Assembly (NCBI GenBank): GCA_030431055.1
Contig: JAUIJA010000009.1
Span: 14,665 to 78,664, forward strand
DNA: 64,000 bases
Direction of reading: 5' to 3'
Origin: Bacteroidia bacterium
GTDB lineage: Bacteria; Bacteroidota; Bacteroidia; Flavobacteriales; Flavobacteriaceae
Below, piece by piece: positions 40,977-51,145 of this stretch (position 1 is the first letter of the stretch; the number at the start of each line of letters is the position of its first letter). The notes beneath the pieces are model-generated. The model saw only the letters and a list, made by a program, of their open reading frames with translations, was not told the DNA's origin and ran no database searches. Position numbers and translations under genes: made by a program.

Positions 40977-41756
40977 TTATTTTGGTAATCGCTTCGCTTC
41001 TTCCCAAAAAACATCCATTTCAGCTAAAGACATGTTGGCTAAAGGTTTCCCTAATTCAGCTGCTTTACTTTCTAAATACATAAAGCGTTTCATGAATTTC
41101 TTGTTGGTGCGTTCTAAAGCGTCTTCTGGATTTACTTTTAAAAATCGCGCGTAATTTATCATCGAAAACAAAACATCTCCAAATTCAGCTTCTATTTTAT
41201 CTTGATTAGCAGATTTTACTTCTTCCTGTAATTCTTGTAATTCTTCTTGAACTTTATCCCAAACTTGGTGTGGTTCTTCCCAGTCGAACCCTACTCCTTT
41301 TACTTTATCTTGAATGCGACTTGCTTTTACTAATGCTGGTAAACTTTTTGGAACGCCTTCTAAAACCGATTTTTTGCCTTCTTTCAGTTTTAATTTTTCC
41401 CAATTTTGTTTTACTTCTTCTTCATTTTCTACCACAACATCTCCATAAATATGTGGATGTCTATCGATTAATTTATCACAAATGGAATTGGCAACATCGG
41501 CTATATCAAAATCATTGGTTTCACTACCAATTTTTGAATAGAAAACAATATGCAATAACAAATCGCCTAATTCTTTTTTGATTTCTTGTAAATCGTTATC
41601 GAGAATTGCATCGCCTAGTTCATAGGTTTCTTCAATGGTTAAATGACGAAGACTTTCTAGCGTTTGCTTTTTATCCCAAGGACATTTTTCGCGTAAATCG
41701 TCCATGATATCTAATAATCTATTAAAAGCGTCGAGTTGTTGTTGGCGAGAATTCAT
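40977..41756 (-). CDS. mazG: Nucleoside triphosphate pyrophosphohydrolase MazG
   Basis: CPWDKKQT, EETYEL, KELGDLL, EAEFGDVLFS. Confidence 0.95.
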   Translation of the reverse strand: MNSRQQQLDAFNRLLDIMDDLREKCPWDKKQTLESLRHLTIEETYELGDAILDNDLQEIKKELGDLLLHIVFYSKIGSETNDFDIADVANSICDKLIDRHPHIYGDVVVENEEEVKQNWEKLKLKEGKKSVLEGVPKSLPALVKASRIQDKVKGVGFDWEEPHQVWDKVQEELQELQEEVKSANQDKIEAEFGDVLFSMINYARFLKVNPEDALERTNKKFMKRFMYLESKAAELGKPLANMSLAEMDVFWEEAKRLPK

Positions 41757-41791
41757 AATTTATTGGTTCAAGGTAGTTGGTAAAAGGCTAA

Positions 41792-41856
41792 AGACACTTC
41801 GCTTCTCGATACATCCGATTTTATCGGAACACTCGAAGTGACGGCTCAGTGTGATA
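41792..41856. repeat. Nested REP-like elements
   Basis: AGACACTTCG[CTTCTCGATACA...CACTCGAAGTGACG]GCTCAGTGTGATA. Confidence 0.85.
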
Positions 41857-41871
41857 ATTAGTTATAAAAAT

Positions 41872-41901
41872 AAAAAATCCTACGCTTTTCAGGTAGGATT
41901 T
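41872..41901 (-). terminator. Intrinsic terminator after the DUF5606 gene
   Basis: 9-bp stem AAATCCTAC/GTAGGATTT with a T-run on the minus strand. Confidence 0.75.
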
Positions 41902-41922
41902 CAATTTTATATTATTAACAAC

Positions 41923-42348
41923 TTATTCAGCTGCTTGTTCTTTTGAATCTTCTTCAGTTAAAGCTTCAACCGTAACCATTCCTTTCGGTTGTAAAAGATT
42001 ATACCAGTTTAAGATTTTCTTAATGTCTGAAGTATATACTCTATCTTCATCAAATTCTGGTAAAACTTCACGGAAATATTCTCTTATTTTAGCATCGTCT
42101 TCTTTGTGTGACAATGCTAAACCGTCATTTTCTTTTGTTGCAATTGCTTTGAAAACTTCGCTTAAACGAACTTCTTCAGAATATGTATAAATTGCAATTT
42201 CCGATAATAAACTTACGTTACTACGCATACCAACAGTGATTTTCTTTCCATCTAATAAAGACTCAGCTACAAATCCTGTACGCGTTTGAATTTTTAATTC
42301 GTATAATCCTGGTTTACCTGAAATAGATAATATTTTTTGAATGCTCAT
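41923..42348 (-). CDS. Conserved Flavobacteriia protein (DUF5606-like)
   Basis: ILSISGKPGLY, DEDRVYTSDIKKILNWYN; TATATTTG box at 42369-42376. Confidence 0.8.
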   Translation of the reverse strand: MSIQKILSISGKPGLYELKIQTRTGFVAESLLDGKKITVGMRSNVSLLSEIAIYTYSEEVRLSEVFKAIATKENDGLALSHKEDDAKIREYFREVLPEFDEDRVYTSDIKKILNWYNLLQPKGMVTVEALTEEDSKEQAAE

Positions 42349-42445
42349 TTTCTTTTTATTTTGGGTGGCAAATATATATTTTTAAGTGGAAAGTCGAAAG
42401 GTAAAAGTTATAAATTATGCCTTATTTAAGTACTTTTAACTAAAA

Positions 42446-43033
42446 TTAACGACCTTTTTTATTAGCAAATTTCATTTTGTAATCTGGTCGCGCTTTTCCT
42501 TCCATAATATTCATTAATTTTTTACCAATTAACTTCTTTTTTAAAGTAGAAAGATGATCGGTAAATAAAATTCCATCGATGTGATCGTATTCATGTTGAA
42601 TAACACGCGCCATTAATCCGTCGTATTCTTCTACTCTCTTGTTGAAGTTTTCGTCGAAATATTCAATAGTGATTTTTTCATTTCTGAAAACATCTTCACG
42701 AACATCTGGAATACTCAAACAACCTTCATTAAATCCCCAAACATCACCTTCCTCTTTAGTGATTTTAGCATTTATAAAGGTTCTTTTAAACCCTGCTAAT
42801 TCTGCCGCTTCTTCTTTTGAAACATCATCGCTGTCAGCAAAAGGTTCTGTATCAACAATAAAAAGTCGAATTCCTAATCCTATTTGCGGCGCTGCTAAAC
42901 CTACACCATGTGCATTGTACATTGTTTCGTACATATTAGCAATCAACTCTTTTAAATTTGGATAATCTTTAGATATTTCTTCTCCCATTTTTCTTAAAAC
43001 AGGTTCTCCATATCCATATATTGGTAAAATCAT
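42446..43033 (-). CDS. def: Peptide deformylase
   Basis: GVGLAAPQIG, EGCLSIP, QHEYDH. Confidence 0.98.
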   Translation of the reverse strand: MILPIYGYGEPVLRKMGEEISKDYPNLKELIANMYETMYNAHGVGLAAPQIGLGIRLFIVDTEPFADSDDVSKEEAAELAGFKRTFINAKITKEEGDVWGFNEGCLSIPDVREDVFRNEKITIEYFDENFNKRVEEYDGLMARVIQHEYDHIDGILFTDHLSTLKKKLIGKKLMNIMEGKARPDYKMKFANKKGR

Positions 43034-43068
43034 AGTGTAATTTTTCTAAATTTTAAAGCGCAAAAGTA

Positions 43069-43482
43069 CTATTTTTTATAATTTAAATAGTCTTGTAAAA
43101 TAATTGTTGCAGCAATTTCATCAATTAAACCTTTATTTTGGCGTTTTTTCTTTTTCAAGCCACTATCAATCATAGTCTGAACTGCCATTTTAGAAGTGTA
43201 TCGCTCATCAACTCTATCTAAAGGAATTTCAGGGAAAACTTCAGTAAATTTTGTCAAAAATTTATTAATCATTTCTGAACTTTCTGAAGCAGAACCATCC
43301 ATTTGCAATGGTTCGCCTACAATGACTTTTTCAACCTTGTTTTTCGAAAAATAATCTTTTAAAAAAGAAATTAATTTTTCGGTTTCAACAGTAGTTAAGC
43401 CTGATGCAATTATTTGCAAATCGTCTGTTACTGCAATTCCCGTTCGTCGTTTTCCGTAATCTAAAGCTAAAAGTTGTGGCAT
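43069..43482 (-). CDS. ruvX: Holliday junction resolvase-like / pre-16S rRNA nuclease YqgF
   Basis: ALDYGKRRTGIA, VGEP, DERYTS, DEIAA. Confidence 0.95.
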   Translation of the reverse strand: MPQLLALDYGKRRTGIAVTDDLQIIASGLTTVETEKLISFLKDYFSKNKVEKVIVGEPLQMDGSASESSEMINKFLTKFTEVFPEIPLDRVDERYTSKMAVQTMIDSGLKKKKRQNKGLIDEIAATIILQDYLNYKK

Positions 43483-43483
43483 A

Positions 43484-43963
43484 TTACATTTTTTCAAAAA
43501 CAGCTAACGGCGCCATTCTTGCTTTATTTAATGTTAATTTATTTTTGGCAATTGTATAGTTATCGGCTTTTTCAACAATAGAATTAAATTCGCTTTCAAT
43601 TTCCATATTTACACAAGCCATTTGCGTGCTAATGACTTTAGAAAATAAAATTCTATTTCCTTTCTGTAACTCGTAGTTTCCACTTATTCCATTACAACCC
43701 ATAAAAGCAGAAAAACGATTATTTTCTTCAAAAAATATAGACAATTCTTTATTGGAAGTTTGTTCTATTTTTTTCCCTTTGATTTGAACTAATTTCCATT
43801 TAGTTCCCTCTAATTTCATTTCTTTATCATACGATTCTACTGCAGAAATAACAGAATCAGTAAATACTTCACTGGTAATTTGGTTAGAATTCGTTTCCTT
43901 GCTGCCTTTACAAGCAATTAAGTTCAGGGAAACAATTACAAAAAGAAAACTAAAATACTTCAT
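43484..43963 (-). CDS. META (HslJ) domain lipoprotein
   Basis: Lipobox LIAC, LEGTKWKL, GCN...G.Y, STQMAC. Confidence 0.88.
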   Translation of the reverse strand: MKYFSFLFVIVSLNLIACKGSKETNSNQITSEVFTDSVISAVESYDKEMKLEGTKWKLVQIKGKKIEQTSNKELSIFFEENNRFSAFMGCNGISGNYELQKGNRILFSKVISTQMACVNMEIESEFNSIVEKADNYTIAKNKLTLNKARMAPLAVFEKM

Positions 43964-44037
43964 CTTAAAACTTTTTACAAATTTACAAAATCATAAGTTG
44001 TTTCTTGCAAATTACATACCAATATAATTGAAAAGCG

Positions 44038-44045
44038 TATATTTG
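44038..44045 (+). promoter_or_regulatory. -7 box upstream of dapD
   Basis: TATATTTG 18 bp before the ATG. Confidence 0.7.
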
Positions 44046-44062
44046 CATAACAATTTTTTAGC

Positions 44063-44902
44063 ATGGAAAACTTACAATCGACAATAGAACAAGCTTGGGA
44101 AAACAGAGCTTTATTACAAGAAGAAAATACGCAAAAAGCAATACGCGACGTAATTGAATTATTAGACAATGGAAAATTACGCGTTGCTGAACCAACATCA
44201 AACACTTCGACTTCGCTCAGTACTGGCTCTTGGCAAGTTAACGAATGGATTAAGAAAGCTGTTGTTATGTACTTCCCAATTCAAAAAATGGAAACTTGGG
44301 AAGCTGGTATTTTTGAATATCACGATAAAATGGAATTGAAGCGTAATTATGCTGAAAAAGGTGTGCGTGTTGTTCCACCAGCAACCGCTCGATATGGCTC
44401 TTATGTTTCAAAAGGTGTAATTATGATGCCTAGTTATGTAAACATTGGCGCTTATGTAGATGAAGGAACAATGGTTGATACTTGGGCAACAGTAGGAAGC
44501 TGTGCACAAATAGGTAAAGATGTTCACTTAAGTGGTGGTGTTGGAATCGGCGGTGTTTTAGAGCCTTTACAAGCTGCACCAGTAATTATCGAAGATGGAG
44601 CTTTCATTGGTTCGCGTTGTATAGTTGTAGAGGGTGTTCGTATTGAAAAAGAAGCGGTCTTAGGTGCTAATGTTGTATTGACTGGTTCGACTAAAATTAT
44701 TGATGTTACTGGAGATGAGCCAAAAGAACACAAAGGTTTTGTTCCTGCTCGTTCAGTTGTCATTCCTGGAAGTTACACTAAGAAATTCCCCGCTGGCGAG
44801 TATCAAGTTCCTTGTGCGTTAATTATAGGAAAACGTAAAGAAAGTACTGATAAGAAAACTTCACTTAACGACGCGTTGAGAGAATATAATGTAGCTGTTT
44901 AA
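44063..44902 (+). CDS. dapD: Tetrahydrodipicolinate N-succinyltransferase
   Basis: WQVNEWIKKAV, RVVPPA, MPSYVNIGAYV, DTWATVGSCAQIG, GGVLEPLQA. Confidence 0.97.
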   Translation: MENLQSTIEQAWENRALLQEENTQKAIRDVIELLDNGKLRVAEPTSNTSTSLSTGSWQVNEWIKKAVVMYFPIQKMETWEAGIFEYHDKMELKRNYAEKGVRVVPPATARYGSYVSKGVIMMPSYVNIGAYVDEGTMVDTWATVGSCAQIGKDVHLSGGVGIGGVLEPLQAAPVIIEDGAFIGSRCIVVEGVRIEKEAVLGANVVLTGSTKIIDVTGDEPKEHKGFVPARSVVIPGSYTKKFPAGEYQVPCALIIGKRKESTDKKTSLNDALREYNVAV

Positions 44903-44906
44903 AACA

Positions 44907-46772
44907 ATGAAAAACTATTTTCAGCATCTAAAGCTTTTTGTAAAGCGTTTTTTCTTAGTTGTTTTTGTATATCAAGTTTGTAGAGGTCTTTTCTTTTTTT
45001 TTAATAGAAATTCCTTTGATAAAATAAACTTTAAAAGCTTTCTTGGCGGACTACATTTTGATTTATCTGCGATTGCTTATATCAATATTTTATTTGCAAT
45101 TTTACATTTGATTCCTGGGAATTTTAAGAACAAACCAAACTTTCAAAAGTGGTTGAAAATTAGTTTTTTCACCGTTAATTTAGTTTTTATATTAACCAAT
45201 TTTGTAGATTTTGAATACTACAAATTTACTGGAAGACGCAGTACATTTGGAATGATTACTGCTAGCGGAATGGAAAATGAAATAGGCGGACTTATCTTTT
45301 CTTTTCTAGCTGAATTTTGGTATTTACCGCTTATCGCAATATTATTAGGTTTTATTTTTTGGAAAAGTATTCCTAATTTGGATACTGTTGGAGATTCAAG
45401 TGCTACAAAACTTCAATTATTAAAACAAAGCGGAATCTTTATTCTTTCCTTAGGAATTATACTATTGCTAGGGCGAGGCGGTTTTCAAAAAAAACCATTA
45501 CGAATTGTTGATGCTGTAAATTATGGCTCAATAAGTCAGTCTGCAATAGTGTTAAACACACCTTTTTGTATCTTAAAAACAATAGGAAAAAAAGAAAGCT
45601 TAGAAGCAAAAGATTTTTACACTAAAGAAGAATTAACAACAATCTTCAACCCAATATTAGAGTTAAATCCAAATAAAAAACCTTTAAACAAGAATGTTGT
45701 AATTATTATTTTAGAAAGTTTTGGTAGAGAAAATTTACAAATAGGACAAACACCATTTTTAGATTCTCTTATTACAAAATCTTTATTTTTTGAAAATGGT
45801 TTTGCTAACGGAAAGTTATCAATAGATGCTGTTCCCTCTACGCTTTCGAGTATTCCAAGTTTAATGAATAATTCTTTGATAACTTCGAGTTATTCTATTA
45901 ACGAAATTTATGGTTTACCAAAAATTCTAAAAGAAAACGGATATTACACTGCTTTTTTTCATGGTGCTTTTAATGGAAGTCAAAATTTTGACCAATACTG
46001 TAAAGTTGCTGGTTTTGACAATTATTTTGGAAAAGACGAATATATTGGTCCAGAATCTTTTGACGGAAAATGGGGAGTTTTTGATGAAGATTTTTTTCAA
46101 TTTTATTGTCAGAAAATGAATACTTTTAAACAGCCATTTTTTACTTCAATTTTTAGTATTTCTTCTCACAATCCATATACAATTCCTGAAAAGTATAAAG
46201 GAAAATTCCCAAAAGGAACAACTAAAATTCATGAAAGTATTGCGTATTCAGATTTTGCCTTGCAACAATTTTTTAAATCGGCAAAAAAACAAGATTGGTA
46301 CAATAACACATTATTCGTTATTACAGCTGATCATACTTCGTCTGAGCCAACATCTGAAAAGTTTAAAACTAATGTTGGTAAATTTAGAGTGCCAATTATG
46401 TTCTACAATCCGTCTGATTCAACTTTCATTGGAAAAGAAAATAAAAACTTACAGCAAATTGATATTATGCCATCGGTTTTAAAATACTTAAACATTAAAA
46501 CAAATATGGTGACTTTTGGTAAACCTTATCAGTCTGATGAAGATTTTGTGGTTTATTATTTAGACAATATTTACCATTATATAGAAGGTGATTTTTACAT
46601 GGCATTTGATGGCAATAAAGCAATTGGTCTTTACAATTTCAAAAAAGACGAATTACTTAAAAATAATCTACTTAAAAAGAATACTGAAGTAAAAAATAAA
46701 ATGGAAGGTTTTATTAAAGCTTATATTCAAACTTTTAATCAAAGAATGATTGATAATAAATTAATTAATTAA
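44907..46772 (+). CDS. LTA-synthase/sulfatase family membrane transferase
   Basis: N-terminal TMs; IILESF, SHNPY, TADH. Confidence 0.85.
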   Translation: MKNYFQHLKLFVKRFFLVVFVYQVCRGLFFFFNRNSFDKINFKSFLGGLHFDLSAIAYINILFAILHLIPGNFKNKPNFQKWLKISFFTVNLVFILTNFVDFEYYKFTGRRSTFGMITASGMENEIGGLIFSFLAEFWYLPLIAILLGFIFWKSIPNLDTVGDSSATKLQLLKQSGIFILSLGIILLLGRGGFQKKPLRIVDAVNYGSISQSAIVLNTPFCILKTIGKKESLEAKDFYTKEELTTIFNPILELNPNKKPLNKNVVIIILESFGRENLQIGQTPFLDSLITKSLFFENGFANGKLSIDAVPSTLSSIPSLMNNSLITSSYSINEIYGLPKILKENGYYTAFFHGAFNGSQNFDQYCKVAGFDNYFGKDEYIGPESFDGKWGVFDEDFFQFYCQKMNTFKQPFFTSIFSISSHNPYTIPEKYKGKFPKGTTKIHESIAYSDFALQQFFKSAKKQDWYNNTLFVITADHTSSEPTSEKFKTNVGKFRVPIMFYNPSDSTFIGKENKNLQQIDIMPSVLKYLNIKTNMVTFGKPYQSDEDFVVYYLDNIYHYIEGDFYMAFDGNKAIGLYNFKKDELLKNNLLKKNTEVKNKMEGFIKAYIQTFNQRMIDNKLIN

Positions 46773-47520
46773 GCTTTTCCTCTCTTTGTAGTTTTAAAAG
46801 TTTAGCATATTTCATGTAAGAAAAAAATGCTTGTATCATTGCTATTGTTAAACCATCTAATCCGTTAAAAATTCCTTTTTTAAAGAAATAACAACGAATA
46901 AAAGCTACTGCACCATTTAAAACTGGCTTAAAGCTATTAATTCTTTTTCCTTGGTCGAAAAGTTGTTTTGCGTGCCAAGTAGAATATTGATTTTTCTTTG
47001 CTAAAATTTGGTCAAAAGAACTCCAACCATAATGTAAAATATGAACTGAAACTTTCTTTTCGTTTGTAGTGAGAATGTGCTGATGCACTTTTGCATCTGA
47101 AGGTCTTGCTGTTTTCTTATTAAAGAAACGAACTTTACTATCTGGATACCATCCTGAGAAATCTATTAACTCATCTGCTAAAAAATTTTTTACTCTAAAA
47201 GCAAAAGCATCAAAATTTCCTTCTAAATACTTTTTGTTTTTAATAAATTCCTTAGCATCTGCATCTAAAAATTCATCGGCATCAAGATTTAAAATCCAAT
47301 CGTTTTTACAAAAAGGTAATCCGTGACTTCGTTGCGGACCATCGCCTAAAAACTTTTGCAAGACTACTTTAGCTCCTTTTTCTTCGGCAATTTTTACAGT
47401 ATTATCAAAACTTAATGAATCTACAATTATAACTTCATCGCACACCTCAAAAAGTGCATCTATACATTTACCAATATTTTTTTCTTCATTAAAAGTTATA
47501 ACTAATCCGCTAATTGCCAT
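46765..47520 (-). CDS. Glycosyltransferase family 2 (WaaE/KdtX-like)
   Basis: ISGLVITFNEE, VDSLS, LDADE, WYPD. Confidence 0.85.
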   Translation of the reverse strand: MAISGLVITFNEEKNIGKCIDALFEVCDEVIIVDSLSFDNTVKIAEEKGAKVVLQKFLGDGPQRSHGLPFCKNDWILNLDADEFLDADAKEFIKNKKYLEGNFDAFAFRVKNFLADELIDFSGWYPDSKVRFFNKKTARPSDAKVHQHILTTNEKKVSVHILHYGWSSFDQILAKKNQYSTWHAKQLFDQGKRINSFKPVLNGAVAFIRCYFFKKGIFNGLDGLTIAMIQAFFSYMKYAKLLKLQREEKLN

Positions 47521-47611
47521 AAAAAATACTTTTTGCAAAAGTAACCAAATAATTTATTTGTCATAAAGGCATATTGCATTGAGTTATGTATTTTAGCAAA
47601 AAAATATAATT

Positions 47612-48682
47612 ATGAAGTTTTTGGTTATTCAACAAAAAAGAATTGGTGATGTTTTAACTTCAACAATTCTTACTAATAATTTAAAAAAGTCATACCCAAA
47701 TGCTCAAGTAGATTATATGTGCTATGCTAATTGTGTTGATGTACTTAAAAATAATCCGAATATTGATAACATTATTGTTTTAGAAGAAAAAACAAGAAAA
47801 AATTACTTTTCGTTGTTTCAGTTTATCTTTCAAATTCGTGCAAAAAAATACGATGCAGTTATTGATGCTTACAGTAAACTTGAAACCAATTTAATTACAT
47901 TTTTTTCTGGAGCAAAATATAAAATATCGTACAAAAAAGGTTATTCTAGCTTATTTTATAATCATAATATTGAGCGTTTAGAAAATGGTACACAATCAAA
48001 AATAGGTTTGGCGATTATTAATCGATTAAAGCTTTTAAAACCGTTAATTAAAGAAGAAATTACCGATTATAAACCAAAAGTATTTTTAACCGAAACTGAA
48101 ATTAGAGAAGCCAAAACTCTAATTGATAAATTTCCCTTACATAACGATGTACCTACGTTTATGATTGGAATTTTAGGAAGCGAATGGTACAAAACCTATC
48201 CGTTTGAAAAAATGGCAGAATTATTAGATTACACGATAGCGACGACTAATGCAAATCTATTATTCAATTATATTCCGAAACAAAAAGAAGACGCTCAAAA
48301 AATATTCGATTTATGTAAACCCGAAACTCAAAAACATATTTTCTTTGACTTATATGCAAATGATTTACGTTCGTTTCTAGGTTTACTTTCACAATGCGAT
48401 GCACTTATAGGTAATGAAGGTGGTGCGGTTAATATGGCTAAAGCACTTTTCATTCCTACATTTTCTTTATTTTCACCAAGTGTTGATAAAGAAACTTGGC
48501 AAATTTTTGAAGATAAAAAAAACATTTCAATTCACCTAAAAGATTTAAAACCAGAAATTTATCAACAACACGACGAAAAATATATAAAAGAACATACTTT
48601 TAAATATTTTGATGAATATCCTATTGAATTAATTAAAGAAAAGCTAAACAGCTTTTTTAAAGAGGTTAAATGTATTGATTAA
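47612..48682 (+). CDS. Glycosyltransferase family 9
   Basis: KRIGDVL, IGNEGGAVNMAKAL. Confidence 0.85.
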   Translation: MKFLVIQQKRIGDVLTSTILTNNLKKSYPNAQVDYMCYANCVDVLKNNPNIDNIIVLEEKTRKNYFSLFQFIFQIRAKKYDAVIDAYSKLETNLITFFSGAKYKISYKKGYSSLFYNHNIERLENGTQSKIGLAIINRLKLLKPLIKEEITDYKPKVFLTETEIREAKTLIDKFPLHNDVPTFMIGILGSEWYKTYPFEKMAELLDYTIATTNANLLFNYIPKQKEDAQKIFDLCKPETQKHIFFDLYANDLRSFLGLLSQCDALIGNEGGAVNMAKALFIPTFSLFSPSVDKETWQIFEDKKNISIHLKDLKPEIYQQHDEKYIKEHTFKYFDEYPIELIKEKLNSFFKEVKCID

Positions 48683-49481
48683 TTCCTTTTGAAATTTTAA
48701 TTACATTATGCTTTTTGTTGTAATTTCTAATGGCATTATTTTTCTCCCAAATTTCTGCTGAAGCATAACTTCTTTTATGATCTAAATGTAAACAAATTGC
48801 ACTATATCGTATTTGTTTTCCTAAAATTCCGTAATTAAACAATCGCTCACCTACTTCTCTATCTAAACCGCCATATTGCATTTCTTCATTAAACCCATTT
48901 ATGGCTAATAAATCTGCTTTAAAACAAGAAGCGTTATGTCCGTTAAAAGTCTTTTTTGTAGTTGTAACCCAATTCATAAAACCAGCAATCCAATTATTTT
49001 TAGTAAGTTTACTTAACTTAAAAGTTTTTTTAACGCCATTATTAATCAGCCATTTAATAGAAAAAGCTTTTTGATTAATAATTTCTGTTGGAGATATTTC
49101 ATTTGAAGTTTCCATTGGTAATTTAAAATATCCACCCGATAAAAAATAACCTTTTTCTTTATGTTTTAAATGCTTAGCAATAAAATCATTTCTAGGAACA
49201 CAATCGCCATCAGTAAATAGCAAATAATCTGAATTTGTTTTAAGAATAGCTTTATTTAATATTTTACACTTTTGAAAACCTTCATCGGCTTGCCAAACGT
49301 GAATAATTGGAAACTTGAATTTAGATTGAAAACTTTCAATTACAGTTTTAGTTTCATTTGTAGAACCATCATCTGCAATTACAACTTCAAAATCTTGTTC
49401 GGTTTGAATGCTATAACCAAAGAGCACTTTGCGCAGCCATTCTTCCGAATTGTAAGTTGTAATAATTACAGATATTTTCAT
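48666..49481 (-). CDS. Glycosyltransferase family 2
   Basis: ISVIITTYN, IADDGS, TDGDC, NGFNE. Confidence 0.9.
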   Translation of the reverse strand: MKISVIITTYNSEEWLRKVLFGYSIQTEQDFEVVIADDGSTNETKTVIESFQSKFKFPIIHVWQADEGFQKCKILNKAILKTNSDYLLFTDGDCVPRNDFIAKHLKHKEKGYFLSGGYFKLPMETSNEISPTEIINQKAFSIKWLINNGVKKTFKLSKLTKNNWIAGFMNWVTTTKKTFNGHNASCFKADLLAINGFNEEMQYGGLDREVGERLFNYGILGKQIRYSAICLHLDHKRSYASAEIWEKNNAIRNYNKKHNVIKISKGINQYI

Positions 49482-49506
49482 GAAACATTTGTGAGAAGTG
49501 AAAATA

Positions 49507-50271
49507 CTATTTTTTCCAGAATTTTAATTTCTTTTTCAGCCTTTTTTTACGGTAAAAACGATATTGAAAATCGGAAGTTAGTTTCCACATTAATTCAAAA
49601 ACTTCATTTTCAGATTTTTCGGCATATAATTTTGCATACTCATTACTCATGACAGCAATCATTTCTCTATGAGGTGTAATCTTTGATAAGTTTTTCATTC
49701 TTGCATAAAAATCTAAAGGCTTATCGTGAAATTTCATTCGGTTTAAATCCACTAAGTAAAAAGAGTATTTACCACCACCTTCATTAATTATAAGAGTATT
49801 TCCTGGAGAATGATCTAAAAACTCAATACCTTTTTCGTGCATATCGAAGGTAAATTGAGTGAATTGTCGTAAAATATTCTCAGCATCAGGATAATCAGTT
49901 TCTACCAATTCTCTATATGTTAAATCGCATTCTAGATGTTCACAAGCATAAAAGCTTTCTTTTAAACCAATAAAATCAAAATTTTCATAATAAGCAATTG
50001 GTTTTGGTGTTCCTATTCCTTTTTCGGCTAAAATTGAAGCAAATTCAAACGAGCGTTTTGCTTTTGATTTTCGGAAATATTTATAAGCGATTTTGTTGAT
50101 TAAACTTGGCTTTTTAAACGATTTTATATTTATAATTTCATCGTCAAGTTCAAATAGTTTTATGGTGTTTCTATTTCCTTCAATAAAAACTTTTCCTTGA
50201 TTTTGAAAATTATCAATACAATTTTGAATTTCCCTTTGTTTAGTTAAATATTGAGAAGCAACCTTTATCAA
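49507..50271 (-). CDS. LPS/Kdo kinase family protein
   Basis: IKSFK, SKAKRSF, FLDHSPGNTLI, LVDLNR. TTG 50271 preferred because a TACTTTTG box (50286-50293, minus) lies inside the longer ORF. Confidence 0.8.
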   Translation of the reverse strand: MIKVASQYLTKQREIQNCIDNFQNQGKVFIEGNRNTIKLFELDDEIINIKSFKKPSLINKIAYKYFRKSKAKRSFEFASILAEKGIGTPKPIAYYENFDFIGLKESFYACEHLECDLTYRELVETDYPDAENILRQFTQFTFDMHEKGIEFLDHSPGNTLIINEGGGKYSFYLVDLNRMKFHDKPLDFYARMKNLSKITPHREMIAVMSNEYAKLYAEKSENEVFELMWKLTSDFQYRFYRKKRLKKKLKFWKK

Positions 50272-50346
50272 TCTTATTTTTTTATCAAAAGTAGATATTG
50301 TGTTTATTAATTCCAATTTATTCGATATTTTTACGAAAAAATTGGC

Positions 50347-51144
50347 ATGAAAACTCTTCCTAAATGTTCACTAGTAACTCCAACGTACAATTGGCCAGAA
50401 GCTTTAGAACTTTTACTTTTAAGTGTTAAAAACCAAACTATATTACCAAACGAAGTAATTATTGCCGATGATGGTTCAAAAGAAGAAACTTCGCAGTTAA
50501 TTAAAAAATTTCAGAAAGATTTTCCTGTTCCGCTAATACATATTTGGCATAAAGACGAAGGCAATCAGAAGCCAGCTATAATGAATAAAGCAATTGCAAA
50601 AGCAAAATATGCCTACATTATAGAAATTGATGGAGATATTATACTACATAAAAACTTTATTGAAGATCATTTACGTTTTGCTAAAAAGGGACAATATCTT
50701 TTTGGTTCTAGAGTGAATATTCAAAAAGTTATTTTAAATGATATTTTCAAAAATAAGACAATTCACTTTAATTTATTTTCAAAAGGCATTAAAAAAAGAA
50801 TGAGAACTTTAAGGTTACCCATTTTTATGAATTTTGAAAAAGAACATCATCAAATTTCAAAAAAATTGAGAGGTTGTAATATGTCTTTTTGGAAAGAAGA
50901 TTTTATTACAATTAATGGATTTAACGAAGCGCTTGTTGGTTGGGGAGTTGATGATTCTGAAATGATTCAACGTTTACATAATATTGGAATTGTAGGGAAA
51001 CGATTAAAACATACAGGGATTGCCTTTCATATATATCATAAAGAACAAGATAAAAGTCACATTTCGATAAATAATGCTATTGAAGATGAAGTAAGAGAGA
51101 AAAAAATAAAATTTATAGAAAAAGGAATTAATCAATATTTATAA
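50347..51144 (+). CDS. Glycosyltransferase family 2
   Basis: TPTYNW, IADDGS, IDGD, GWGVDD. Confidence 0.9.
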   Translation: MKTLPKCSLVTPTYNWPEALELLLLSVKNQTILPNEVIIADDGSKEETSQLIKKFQKDFPVPLIHIWHKDEGNQKPAIMNKAIAKAKYAYIIEIDGDIILHKNFIEDHLRFAKKGQYLFGSRVNIQKVILNDIFKNKTIHFNLFSKGIKKRMRTLRLPIFMNFEKEHHQISKKLRGCNMSFWKEDFITINGFNEALVGWGVDDSEMIQRLHNIGIVGKRLKHTGIAFHIYHKEQDKSHISINNAIEDEVREKKIKFIEKGINQYL

Positions 51145-51145
51145 A

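Noticed and set aside
40951-41154. 67-aa ORF opposite the mazG 3' end
   Set aside because: Antisense shadow spanning the hairpin.
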